Below are positions 47,540 to 61,900 of a stretch of DNA of 64,000 nucleotides, one piece after another. The notes under the pieces were generated by a model, which was not told the DNA's origin, searched no databases, and saw only the letters and a program-made list of their open reading frames with translations. Origin of the DNA: Bugula neritina (taxonomy: Eukaryota > Animalia > Bryozoa); the NCBI GenBank assembly GCA_964035545.1, contig OZ037771.1, positions 941,628 to 1,005,627 on the forward strand, written 5' to 3'. Positions within the stretch are counted from its first letter, which is position 1. Each line of letters opens with the position of its first letter. Made by a program: the position numbers and the translations under genes.

Positions 47540-50500
47540 CTAAGATATGCAGTCCGTGAGAAATTTGTTAGGGTAGAATCTAAGACCTTCCACAGTGTCA
47601 TCCCGGCACAATTTTCCCTTCTGTTCAGCTAGAAGTAGTCTACAATACAGTAACTGACACTAGTAATCGACACTAGTAACTGACACTAGTAACTGACACT
47701 AGTAACTGACACTAGTAATCGACACTAGTAACTGACACTAGTAACTGACTGCCAACTGACACTAGCAACTAATGCAAGCATAAACTTTGAAATATGACCA
47801 GGTGTAACATAACACTCCATAGCAACAGAATGAAATAGTCCAATAGCAGAAGGTTTAACATACCGTTCTTTAGCAATAATAACTGATAGGCCAATGACAC
47901 GAGCCAGTTCATCAGCTGACAGGCAACTTCGTTCTTCTACCTGCAGAATACATGATCCGTTGATAAACAAAAGAATGTAATACAAATTGATTACTTAACT
48001 AGCATAAAACAGCATAGAATACAGTGTATTAGTTGTTAGTAGTAACAGTACTGACATCACCATTAGTGGCACTAATAGTATTAGTTATACTAGAAGTGTT
48101 AGTCATACTAATAGTAATAGTAGCCGTACTAGCAGTATTAGTCATACTAATAATAATAGTAGCCATGCTAGCAATATTTGAAGAATTACTATGAGTAGAT
48201 TAAGCATCCTTCAATTTTTCTAATAAATATCCAACATTATCAGACAACTGTATGTTGGTATAACATAATACAGTATAACATAAAGTATAATATATTAAAG
48301 TATAACATAATAAAGTATAATATAACAAGGTCTAATATGGTAAGATATAAGAGAGTAACGGCAGCCTCACCAGCAGCGCTGTCTCAGCTACCACACTCTC
48401 CTCGTCGCTAGACCGCAGCTGGATCAGTCTCACCCCGCTGCCGTAAGTCTTCAGAGTGACGGGCAGATCCATTGAAGGCAGCAACTTACACGCGTCGTAC
48501 AGATCTTGAGGGGAGAGAAGCTAATAGAGAGAGCAGAGCTATTTGCAGATAGTACAACATACAAGGGGAGATAACACATCATGTAGCCAAAACAATGTAC
48601 TAACGTAATAAATGACAAGAAAAATTAAGAAAAATCAAAAATGGGTACAATATCGGAGCCTGTGAAAAATCTGAACATTGTATCAGATGAGTTGGTAGGT
48701 GAGTTAGTAGGTGAGTTAGTAGGTGAATTAGTAGGTGAGTTGGTAGGTGAGTTAGTAGGTGAGTTGGTAGGTGAGTTGGTAGGTGAGTTGGTAGGTGAGT
48801 TAGTAGGTGAGTTAGTAGGTGAGTTAGTAGGTGAGTTATCCAAGTCTGCAAGGTTGATGCAGGGATAATGAGCAGAATGAAATGAGCTCTAGACTAGGTA
48901 AGTTTCGACTGAGAAGTTTTGTGACAAACACTAAGACTTTACAGTTTAGTTAATCAGATTAAGAATTCACATTATCATGTTAGAAAAGAATTTACCTCAA
49001 CACCCCTGGCCCTGTTAATCCTACAGTAGACATCAGTGAGGGTCATCATACCCCCGCATTCCTGTGAACAGGAAAACATAGGCTATCGAGTGATACATAT
49101 ATTGAAACACTGCCAGCTAATGCAGTAACTTCAACTATATTTAATATGACTGTAGCAAAATCATTTAAAGAAATGTAGAACTGACACATAAGCTAGACGG
49201 CAGCTATGTAAAGAAGGTAATATACCTGTAAAGGTGTCACAAGAACTGAGCTGATTTGTTTAGAAAGTTCTAGAAGATACTTGGAGTTTGATTTATGGGA
49301 ATCCCGGGTAACCGGGTCGGGAATTCCCAAAGACAGAAGATATGATTTGAATCGAACTGTCTGTAACAGGAATGCAAATAAGTTGTTGGATAAAACGGTG
49401 AGATATACACAATTTATGTCATATAAGAGATGATGTCAGAGCAAGTTAGACCTGCATGAAATAAATTAACAGAATAAAATTAAGTAAAATTATGAATTAG
49501 TGTTGTAACATATGAGCTTTATGTTTCAAATTCTCTCAACATCCAGAGTTATCCTCTCTTTCTACTAAAGTTACTAGATAGTATTGTAAGCTATATATGG
49601 GGGTAGAATATTCTGGCAACAGTGTTTCATCATTTGAAATTATAATCTACCTTTCTAGTAACACACTACATAAATACAACATGACTCTTAAACTGAGATA
49701 TTTACACATATCAAAAAGATGCAATCGAATAGTACGTCTGCAGCCTCATGTGTGTAACCACTCACCTCATCCTCTGTTATATTACCCTGCTTCTGCTCTA
49801 TCTTAGCAGCAATTGACTTTGATATGGCCACCATCTCCTTAGCCTAGAGTTACAACACATCTTAGTAACAGCCAAACTTATTAACCAAAATAGAAGGCAA
49901 CAGAAGTCAAGTTGGTTCTATTTCCGGATATTTAGCTGATGACAATGAACGAAATATTAGAGCCTTACTTTAACCATGAGGGCATCTAAATCCTCAAACG
50001 CTGCCGAAATAGTGCTGTCTGTTCGTCTCTGTTGCTCGTTTATTTTCTTCTCAATGCCAGCAATTCCCTGTTTCAGTTTGCCAACCTAAATCAAACACTT
50101 TCTACATATGATACAAGTGAAAGTGTTTCCAGTTAAATTCAAACAAATCATCTAATTCGACAGTATCAATCCGCCATTCTGGCTGACAACAATATTGTTA
50201 GAAGCACTTTTAAATGATGAGTGACTTTGTAACAAGTACATGTTGTATGGATTGCAGTATATATATCACCAGTGGTAAGTAAGAGTATAACACAGAACAC
50301 TGTGAAAAGAAAGTGTCTACCTGGTAAGAAGATCCCTGATTGGCCGGTGCTTTCTTCACTTCCCACAGTCTCCGCCCAACAACATCCTTCAACTGTCTCA
50401 TAAACTAGAATATAACAAAACAACTCAACACATCAGGTGTGCAGGACTCACACAGAATATACTTTTATGTTGAGCTAATGAAAGAAAAGAGATTCTTACC

Positions 50501-51558
50501 TCAGTTTGCCCACCTTTTTGAAAGGACCACCGAACAAATGTGTAAGAGCTGTGAGTGACAGGCCCAGAGCCAGTGCCGGATTTACGAGGGGAGAGGTAGC
50601 ACACTATCTTCGCACTGGAAAACAGCAGATACTTTCACATAATCACTTATTTGTAAAGTGTGTAGAATAGGTAAGGATATAGTAAGACAGAGCATACCTT
50701 CTAGTGAATGAGTATATAGTAAGACAGAGCATACCTTCTAGTGAATGAGTATATAGTAAGACAGAGTATACCTTCTAGTGAATGAGTATATAGTAAGACA
50801 GAGTATACCTTCTAGAGAATGAGTATATAGTAAAACAGAGTATACCTTCTAGTGAATGAGTATATAGTAAGACAGAGTATACCTTCTAGTGAATGAGGAT
50901 ATAGTAGTATACCTTCTAGTGAATGAGGATATAGTAAGACAGATTATACCTTCTAGTGAATGAGTATATAGTAAGACAGAGTATACCTTCTAGTGAATGA
51001 GTATATAGTAAGACAGAGTATACCTTCTAGTGAATGAGTATATAGTAAGACAGAGTATACCTTCTAGTGAATGAGGATATAGTAGTATACCTTCTAGTGA
51101 ATGAGTATATAGTAAGAGAGAGTATACCTTCTAGTGAATGAGGATATAGTAGTATACCTTCTAGTGAATGAGGATATAGTAAGACAGAGTATACCTTCTA
51201 GTGAATGAGGATATAGTAAGACAGAGTATACCTTCTAGTGAATGAGGATGGTTCTTCATCTAAGGAAGTGATGTAACTCAAGTCAAGTGAGAGGCAGACT
51301 CTCTCATCATTGACATTAGTCCAAATAAGTCGATGACTAGTAAGAACAAGGTTACCATCTTCATATGCTGATGCCTACAGAGTCAATGGTAGCGATTGAA
51401 CATTTATCTCGTAAGCAGCAGATCATGATCAGGAGTAACAAGAATAAATTAATCCACTGCACCTTGTTGTCTCCGTCATAAAGTTTAACACCATCATTAG
51501 AATGATGAAAATTTTCATCATCTTTCAATGAAACATTAGACCACTGCAGTCTATCCAT
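47540..51558 (-). CDS. VPS36: ESCRT-II subunit, vacuolar protein sorting 36
   Basis: About 11 exons from 51463-51558 (MDRLQW..GVKLYDG) through [64 protein letters not shown], to 47540-47639 ([17 protein letters not shown]). Confidence 0.95.
48688..48838. repeat. 12-bp repeat (ggtgagttagta) in VPS36 intron
   Basis: About 12 copies. Confidence 0.9.
50675..51249 (-). repeat. 37-bp repeat duplicating the VPS36 exon 2 end and donor
   Basis: About 16 copies of tcattcactagaag|gtatactctgtcttactata. Confidence 0.92.
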
Positions 51559-54399
51559 GGCCACAAAATTAGCCTTGCTTACCTAGCCTGTAAACCACAA
51601 TAAGAATATTTTAAAAACAAAATTTTGTATATATTAATCTACAAAAATTAAATAGCAAGACTAAAACAAGTCTAAAACCTGGAGGCAACAGAGGATTTTA
51701 AGGTAGGTAAACTGTTGATACTTCCTTCTTTTGACTGAAAGCAAATTTCATCTGTTTTATCAAGAACATTTCTTTCAAATATCAAACAATGTATTAGCAT
51801 ATCAAAGTATTTCATCTTCATTATATTCCACAAATCCGATTAGAAGACTGTTAAAAATTATTAGATTCTAGAGTTTCGGTTGAAGTCTAAGAACTTAATC
51901 TTCTTTTAAAATTAAATTGAAAACTTGGCAATTATAGAAGCATTTAGTTTTTTCATCATTCTTACACCCTACTTCAGGTTAGAAAAATTGTCTCCAATTT
52001 AGGTAAAGTTGTGATTAGTGGCCATACTTAATACTATTAGTAGTACCAAAGAAAATGCTTAGCTTATGTTGTGATACTGAATCCAATTGCAAATATCAAA
52101 ATAACTTAATAAGCTGAACGTGAGTGTAACTGTCAGTTATTTTATTCACAATCGATCCCCATCATATTGAAAAAGTCCATAGTGATAGTCCATAGACATA
52201 GTGATGGATAACGCTGATAAGCATGCTAATGCTGAGTATCAGTATGGCTATAGTCTTAGTCTATAAGCAACAGTGAGTGTAAAACTAATACTATTAATAA
52301 TACTCAGTAAATTAGTAATACTAATAGTAATACTAATACTAATAGTAATACTAATAGTAATACTAATACTAATAGTAATAGTAATACTAATACTTACTGC
52401 CACTAACAGTAATACTAATACTAATAGTAATACTGATGGTGATAGTGATACAGTGATAGACGAGCTTCAACTTATGTTTTATACTAACTCACTCTTAGCC
52501 ACTGTAGCTCACAACTGTTAGTGTTACCAATAGCAATACTAATACTAACCACAAACGCAACTCAAAGTCAAACTGCCGCTAGTCATTACTGATTACTGAT
52601 AAAAGCGTACAGTTTAGTACTCATACTGGCTGCAAATCTTCAAAGACTTTGGTGTGTTCCTACTTGGATGTGAGGTTCGTTACAAAAGTGTCCAATCTTT
52701 TGTGTTAACAACTTAAAACTGCAGCTTATTTTAGCGAGGAAGTTTGGTTCACAATACTAAGTGCTTCCGTAACGTCTTCGTTTCTAGTATGAGTATGAGT
52801 ATGAGTATGTATCACCATTACTTATCAGTTATCAGACTCAGTATCACCATCATTATGAAGCTAAAAAAAACAATTTTAATTTGGATTACATATTACTATT
52901 AAATGTAGCAAAACAGTCGTATTGTTATTTAATTTTTAATCATTCTGATTTTTCTTTATTGCAGTAATATTTAGTTTTACTTTTAGTCCTGTGTAACACT
53001 AACTGTAAGTGTAAGTGTTGAAGTTGAAATTTTGTGTAAACTGTAATCATGTAATGCAATGTTCATTTCAATAGACTTCAACTTTAAGTTCGGAGTATCA
53101 GTATAGACTATAGACAATACAGTATAGCTATAGGTACTAGTACTATGTCTAGTACTAGTAGCACTACTAGTACTAGTACTACTACTAGTAGTAATACTAA
53201 TTACCTCCAGTTACCTCCAGATTACGATCATGCTAGACCACTAGGTAGCAGAAGCGGCATGCCTCATATGTTTATGGTTGGTCAGAAAGTAAAATGCATA
53301 CAATAGTCCATAAATTGGTTGCAGTGTGTGTTGCAATATTGTTTATTAGTACAGGTAAGTTAACCTGTCAATGTTTAGATTATTCTGTGTGTAAATTAGT
53401 CTTGCAAGGATTGTTCCCTTTAAGGTCACGGATTGTTCGTGGCAAGAAGCTGTTATAATAGCAGTTATTATTGGTGCTGACTGATACTTATACTTATAGT
53501 TATTACTACTACTACTAGGATGACTATCACTATAACTCACTATTGGCTGAAAACTATCACCGTCAGTATGACTATGACTATCAGTTACACTTACAATACC
53601 AATATCAATATGCTGATCACTATCAGTGAGTATCAGTTTCACTGTAAGTGTGATAGTATTACCAACCACTACTATAGTAATACTATTAATATTAGTTATA
53701 CTATTCCTATTAAGTATTAGTATAAACTATAATTACATTTATAATAATATTTATATTAATATTATTTTTAATAATATTTATTATTATAATAATTAATCAT
53801 AGTAGCTAAAAATACTTTATAAGTATAACTATAGTCTATAAGTATAAGTAAAAGAAAGGATGATGGCTTATATAATTCAAAGGTTAAGCCTCAAGTGATA
53901 TATTATTATGATTATGTAATTTTCAAATATACAGTTATATCAAATTCAATATCAATATGTATAACCACAAACTAAAGTTTGTTAGTTTGTAAATTGTATG
54001 CAGATTTTTATCATTTATGATAAATTTTTCAATCTTCACCTTGTCATTGTGCAAATTAAAATGAAAATATCTTACTGTGAAATATTAGTAGCACTGATCA
54101 CTAGTTTATAAATCAGTATTATTTATAATTTATTAGTTAAATTGATCATGATTTTAGAAAAAAATAATATCAAATTACTCAACAATTGTTATTAATCCTT
54201 TTTATAAATTATACCGATATTAAATTATTTGTAATATAATATGAATTTGTTGATCAATATTTTACTCTGTATGACATAAGTGTATTATGATATATATGGT
54301 TTTGTTGTCTTTAAATGTCACAGTTCTATGCATACACCATTGACTTTTTTCTTAGCTAGTTATATAAAAAATTCAGTTTTTTGTTAGTGTGCATATGCT

Positions 54400-55347
54400 A
54401 TGGCAACTGGGCATCATCTTGAAAGACTTCGAAGCCTTGAACACATTGAGCGTGAGATCGCATTAGCATTGGAGACTGCTGGTATTCTTTTTACTATTAC
54501 TAATTCTTGAAATGATAATTCTAGCTATTCAACTTTTTTTTCAATTTAGCCAACTTCTAGTTATATGTGAAACATTAATTAAGCATGTTGCAAATGAGCA
54601 TCACTGTTTTACCATGATAAAGAGCCACATGGATAGTAGGTTATTTTTAAAGAAGCAAAATCTGATTAGTTTTTATATGTGATTGTCCACTTATTTCACA
54701 TCTGTTTAAATTTTGTTATTTGTTTTTTCTTAGGATTAGCTACAGCTGAATTTGGCAAAGATAAACCCAACAATAAAACTGCTGAGGGACATGTTCAAAA
54801 TTTCCTCAAAACTGTCAATTCAATAGAAACAAACTTAATGAAACAAATAAACCATTTATCACAGGTCTCCACGACTCATCCCCATACAGGAAGTAGCTAT
54901 GGCGCTCAAAAAGATTGGCAGGTTTGTGCCCACTTTGCAGCTTATCTGTATTCCAATCTACTTACTATAAAAACTTTTGCCAACGGCTGTTTTCATTTGT
55001 CACTGGTATCTAGCTTACTCATGAGGTCTTCTAACCAACCATTTGTTGGTTTGAAATGAAGTTCGGCACTTGGCTGCAATGTTGGTGCCTTGTGTGTTAC
55101 CAAGGAGATGCTCAAGTCTAGTAGATATATCAGCATGAATAATGAAAACGAAATTGAGAATTAAGTTTCACTCAGTTTACCATTGTTTGTATAGATGTCT
55201 GTGCAACGCATAAATCACGTATCTGATCGGTTTGAGGAATTGGATAAACTGAAGATAAATAATCAGGGCAACCCGAGTGAGTTACGACGAGCTCTTTCAC
55301 AACACTCTCCATTCCCACCAATGACTGGCTCTTACACGGGCATGTGA
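54400..55347 (+). CDS. MED11: Mediator complex subunit 11
   Basis: Exons 54400-54481, 54734-54921, 55195-55347: ERLRSLEHIEREIALALETAG..QINHLSQVSTTHPHTGSSYGAQKDWQM. Confidence 0.92.
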
Positions 55348-55957
55348 CTCTATGCCCGCACTACCGTATTGTTATTCTAAATACAATGTATATAAAACAG
55401 GTCATATTTACAACTTGTAACATATTAAATGTATATTTGAATATTATCCAATTATTGTACAGCTGAGAGTGAAAAAATAAAACATAAATATTTGATAGAA
55501 TATAAAACCATTTTTCTTTTACATTTAGGAATGTAATATAATTCCATATAAATTTTAGATCACAGAAGAGTCCAACCATGTTTAATTTTACAATCAAAAA
55601 TAAGGTAGTCGGTCACTGAGATAGAAACTTGAATGACACAAAAAAATGTAAAAAATATACATCTATCTCCGTAACTATTTTTTGAAATCATTGATTTGTA
55701 AGGCCTGCCATGATTGGATGACTTGGCAGCAGATCTGGCACATAGCTACAAACTTACGAGCATGAATTGGCTGCCAGTTATGGATATACAACATGACTAG
55801 CTAGAAACACACTGCAACAAATAAACTGACTTGAGGGTCATATCTAAGTAATAATAGGTTGATTGTAGCAAATTGATGCGTAGAATGAAGTGAAGAATGC
55901 ATAGCTTTCAAAGGATGTGAGCTATAAAGTTGAAGATATCTCAAGATGATAATATGG

Positions 55958-58900
55958 TTATAAGTGCTCAATAGTCCTGCGTGTGGCGGGTGTTTCGTCT
56001 GGAAATACTATATTCAGATTTTGAGAGTCCCTGTGTTTTGATTTACCCAGTAATAGAGATCTATAGTGAATGACATCTGTCGGATATACCATGTTGTAGA
56101 ACACCAGAAATACTAGCCTATAAAATATACATTTATACTTCTCAAAATAGAACAGACAAATCTTGTATACTGAAAGAACACTACAGCAAATATTAAACTG
56201 AAAAATTGCTTAGTCTTATTGAACTAGATAAGTAGTTTGCTAAAACCTACATTTTATATGAATGTACACAACATGTAAATATCACAATCAAGAAGGTACA
56301 TTAAAATAGAATAGAAATATTTCAATTTCTCTATATTCAATAGCACAATAAAATAGCCTTCTATTTATCAGTTGAGTTGTATTACGCTACACAACTGCAG
56401 ACCACCCAACAGCTGACGTACTACTTACCGAGGAACCACGGCCACGATAACACCCAACATGATACAGAGCCAGCTGTCCGCATAACTTAGTATGGTCTGC
56501 ATCACCCAGTAGGGGTTGGAGGGCGGGTCGCATTTCAAACACGCCGTACCAAGAATCAGCAGGAAGACCCAGAAGCCCACCAGACTCAACACAATTGAGC
56601 AGATGAACGGCCATTGCTACAGACAATACATGAAGGTGAGAATGGAGAGACACTCAGTGCGTACATTCAGCTATACCAGCAAACAATATATTTAGTATTT
56701 TCATTACAGCAACACATTTGTGTAAGAAGGATATTATGTATGGTATACAAGTGACAGAAGAACTGTTAGAGAAGAACAATGTGAAGATGACTCTTACTTA
56801 CCCAGTACCTGGTCTCAAATGCCAGGACAATCAGCTGGGCAAATACTAGGGTTACAGTCTGAGTCGTACCAAAACTCCACAATCCGATATCAGCATCAGC
56901 GTAGTGCTACATTGAGAGACAATACACAGAGTATAGACTGAATACTACATCTTTACACGTGTTCACAGGTGTATACAGGCTGGTGTAAAGGTCCATATGA
57001 ACATTCTGTGTACACAACAAATATTATTATTAGCAGAAGACTCACCATATAGGATATGAAGAAAATAGCTAAACTCTGGTACAGGGAGTCTAGGATTTGT
57101 ATCCAATAAGAGTATCGGTGGTACAACTGCAAACACCAACATCATAACCATATATATAGTGCTGTGGGGAACATGCATTGTCTTATATATCATATATACC
57201 ATCATAACCATATATATAGTGCTGTGGGGAACATGCATTGTCTTATATACCATATATATATCATCATAACCATATATATAGTGCTGTGGGGAACATGCAT
57301 TGTCTTATATATCATATATACCATCATAACCATATCTATAGTGCTGTGGGGAACATGCATTGTCTTACACAAGTGATGACAGGATATGAAATACAAACAC
57401 AGCGCGTACCTTATTTTCCGGCCCCTGCTGATAGAGAGTTGGGTGGGCCATGAGAATGTGGGCGGGCAGATCTTGGTCTAGAATAGCGAATATAATGGGC
57501 GGTACGCTAGTGAAGAGGAGATGGAACACTATAAGATACACCTGGTCAATGTGGGTCTGTCCAGAGAACATACAGAAGATCTGATACCAGAAGAGCACAA
57601 AGATCAAGTTCTGCAACACAAGATACACAACATAAAACACTGCTGAATAATGAACATACACCATTGTACAATATATATTAATATTACATAGAGTATAGTA
57701 TTATATAGAGTATAGTATTATATAGAGTATAGTATTATATAGAGTACAGTATTATATAGAGTATAGTATTATATAGAGTATATATTATATAGAGTATAGT
57801 ATTATATAGAGGATAGTATTATACAGAGTATAGTATTATATAGAGTATATATTATATATAGTATAGTATTATATAGAGCATAGTATTATATATAGTATAG
57901 TATTATATAGAGCATAGTATTATATAGAGTATAATATTATATAGAGCATTGTATTATATAGAGTATATATTATATAGAGTATAGTATTATATAGAGTATA
58001 TATTATATAGAGTATATATTATATAGAGTATAGTATTATATAGAGTATATACTATATAGATTATTATATAGAATAGTAAAGTGTAACACTCACAGAGTTT
58101 TTAAAGAAGTTATAGAGAGTCATAATAGCCAGTCTGTCATATGACCAGTGACCGTGGACAAACAGAAGTCTTACAAGATGTTTGAATCTCCCAAGTGAGA
58201 AGTCTGCAGCCATTGATGCCTGCTTTCCTTCCAGACCTTCTATACCTGCATGGCGAAGAAGAAAATCTCTGTGTACATATATGTGACTACAGTAAAGTAA
58301 CTACGCGCACATGTGTGACTACAGCAAAGTAGCTACATGTACACATGTGTGACTACAATAAAGTAACTACATGTAAACATGTGTGACTACAGAGAGGTAA
58401 CTACACATACACATGTGTGACTACAAAGAAGTAACTACACTGTATAACTGGTGTAACACTGACCGACACCGACGTTGGCCGTCCTGATCATATTCACATC
58501 GTTGGCTCCATCCCCTATGGCCAGAGTCAGTTTCTTACTCTTGGTCTTCACCAGCTCCACGATCTGCTCAACAGTAAACACAACAATACACATCTGAGAG
58601 AGAGGACTGCAGCTACACATTCCATCTCTCAGGGAGTGACAACTACCATAATCTCACCTGAGCTTTCTGGGAAGGTGTGGTTCGGCAGCATAGGACAGCC
58701 AGACAGCTGTCAGCTAGCCGGAGGAATGATTTAGAAAGGTTTCCTGAGAAGATGTGAGAGAGGGTTTTGCCATCAACTATGAGACACTTGGGGATATGAG
58801 AAGGTTGAGTGTCTGTAGAAGCTGTCGAGGCAGCACCAGACCTTGTGAGTGTGCCACGCAAGTGACCTTGCAATGCTGACTCCACTTCGTCAGCATTGGG

Positions 58901-61900
58901 TACGTTGAGTGTGAGTATGGCAGCGTCGGTAGGCAGCAGGCCACATGCATACCTAAACACATTGAGGTAAAGTTGAGTTACACGTCGAGTCATACATTAA
59001 GGCATACGTTGAGTCATACGTTGAGTCATACGTTGAGTCATACATTGAGTCATACATTGAGTCATACGTTGAGTTATACATCAATTCAACTGGAGCAGAG
59101 AGTAAAGTAATCACCATTACATTGAATAATAATACAGTTACTACAATATACGAGTCAAGCATACCCAATATTTATGGCCGTTTCCTGTTTGTCGCCAGTC
59201 AACACCCACACCTTGATGTTAGCCTGCTCTAAGGCTTGAATAGACTCAGCTACTCCTTCCTGTAGCCTATCCTCTATACCAGTTGCCCCGAGCAGCTCCA
59301 TTTCAGTCTCGATCATGTTACACAAACTAAACTGGACGGCCTCGCGATCTTCTAGATCACAGTTTGTGTAGCGCTCGTACCACCCCTCAAACATTTCTCT
59401 ATTGAGAATCTAAAGAATTAAGGCTAACAGATTTAGACATTTTGTTTTCCACAGATACATCAAGTGGTTGTGCTGTTAATAATGTACTGAGCTATTCTAA
59501 TTCTAAGCCTCGTAGCAGTAGATATAGAAGTACATGTAATATACAAACATATTCCCTTGGACTTTCTAGAGCAGTGACTTAGAGTAACTGGACTTTCTAG
59601 AGCAGTGACTTAGAGTAACTGGACTTTCTAGAGCAGTGACTTAGAGTAACTGGACTTTCTAGAGCAGTGACTTAGAGTAACTGGACTTTCTAGAGCAGTG
59701 ACTTAGAGTAACTGGACTTTCTAGAGCAGTGACTTAGAGTAACTGGACTTTCTAGAGCAGTGACTTAGAGTAACTGGACTTTCTAGAGCAGTGACTTAGA
59801 GTAACTGGACTTTCTAGAGCAGTGACTTAGGTCTTAGAGTAACTGGACTTTCTAGAGCAGTGACTTAGAGTAACTGGACTCACTAGAGCAGTGACTTAGA
59901 GTAACTGGACTCACTAGTACAGTGACTTAGAGTAACTGGACTCACTAGAGCAGTGACTTAGAGTAACTGCTCACCTTTTTAGCCATGCAGAGAGTACGCA
60001 GTCCATCCTTAGCAAAGTGGTTGACGTAAATCCTGGTCTGTTTGAGCAATTCTTTTTGATTGTTATCTTTACCTGCACACAGCAATGTATATATGTATAT
60101 ATCTTTACCTGCACACAGCAATGTATACATGTATATATCTTTACCTGTACACAGCAATGTATACACATATATATCTTTACCTGTACACAGCATATGTACG
60201 AGTATTACCAGAGTGGATTTATCAAACAGTTGATAGAAAAGTGCTCAAACTATTAAAAATCAATAAATAAAGGAATTTGTAGATATTATTGTCATATTTA
60301 TTGTGCATGTATGTGTGTATATATATAGATACAATGAATTGCCAACATTGCCGAACTTACATTTGATTTTATCGAATATGATGTTGTCAGCCCCCTTAGT
60401 GTAGAGAACTATCTCGTTGGATCTCTCGTCTGCCAGAACTACGGACATGCATTTTCTTACGCTATCAAACGGTAAGACAGCCAGCACCTGCAAGTATAAA
60501 CCTCTGAATATAATACCTGGTAGCAACAACCTCAGACTAGATACAAGGGCTACAATTATAGTGAACTGAGGCTACACACAGAGAACTGAGGCTACATACA
60601 GAGAACTGAGGCTACACACAGAGTTAACTGAGGCTACATACAGAGAACTGAGGCTACAGATAGTGATCTGAGGCTACACAGAGTGAGCTGAAGGTACACA
60701 TAGTGAATACCTCGTACTGTATGGGCGAGGCTCCAGCTGATGGCAGATATACCGACACAGACTGACTGGTGCGAGACAACAACCGGCAGCCATATTTACA
60801 GACAGCTTTGACTAGCGCCAACTCATCCGGACTCTCTGCCTCGTATCGACTGGCAAGTGTTCTCTGACTCAGCACTGACTCTTCTCCTGTAAACAATTAT
60901 ATTATTATATTATATTATAGTCTGTTATATTATATTATATTATTATATTATATTGTGTTATATTATATTATATTATTATATTATATTATTATATTATATT
61001 GTGTTATATTATATTGTGTTATATTATATTATTATATTATTGTGTTATATTATATTATTGTATTATATTATATTATTATATTATATTATTATATTATATT
61101 CTGTTATATTATATTATATTATATTGCGTTATATTATATTGTATTATACTATCATATTATATTATATTATCTACATCCCATTGGTACACACCACACATAC
61201 AAATATAAATATATATATACACAGCTAAAACCTTTACAGACAAAACTACATATAAATGTATATAACTAGGAAACTACACAGAGTTTGAGCAGGTAGCTGA
61301 GCATGCAAGAGAAGCTAACAGAAAGAGCAGAGGTGAGGCTAGCAATCAACGACGTCTAAACATGTTGCCTTACCATTGGGCAGACCATCACCACTAGAGT
61401 CCTCGTTAATAAAAGACCTGCGAATGCGGGCTGTTATCTTTTTCAAAGCATTCTTGACAGGAGTGAAGGTTGTCATGGGAACTTCAAGTACACTCCCCGA
61501 AGCTGTAAGGAGACAATTTGAAACTAAACAGTGACGGAGGAATCATGTGACACATAGACCCACCCTCTCCATATTATAGACCCTCCCTCCCATATTACAG
61601 ACCCTTCCTCTACTATAGACTCTCTGTTTACTATAGGCCTTGCCCCCCCCCTCCCATATACACCCGCCTCCATATAGACCCTTCCTCCCTACACATAGAC
61701 CCTCATATTCCCAAATAGCTAACCACCGCTAGGGAAACATTTTCTCGCACAACACTAGACCAGGTGGAGATAATGCTCTTACATATTTAAGAATTATTGG
61801 ATATAAGCAAATGTTGAAGGATCGGATTGAGTGAGTTATGTTGGTGCAGATTTTGTATGCCTAATGCGTGTATAATATCCTTAGTGTTTAGTTGACTTAA

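Noticed and set aside
48688-48838. Array of consensus 5' splice sites (AGGTGAGT) and NSPT/GELV repeat ORFs
   Set aside because: On the strand antisense to VPS36 with no supporting + strand exon; simple 12-bp repeat
49320-49329. GGGAATTCCC kB-like site
   Set aside because: Lies inside a VPS36 coding exon (LGIP) and is explained by codon constraint
58945-59166. ATP10 intron flanked by GGTATGC on both sides (introner-like TSD)
   Set aside because: Short match explained by donor consensus plus G-Y-A codons; no TIRs
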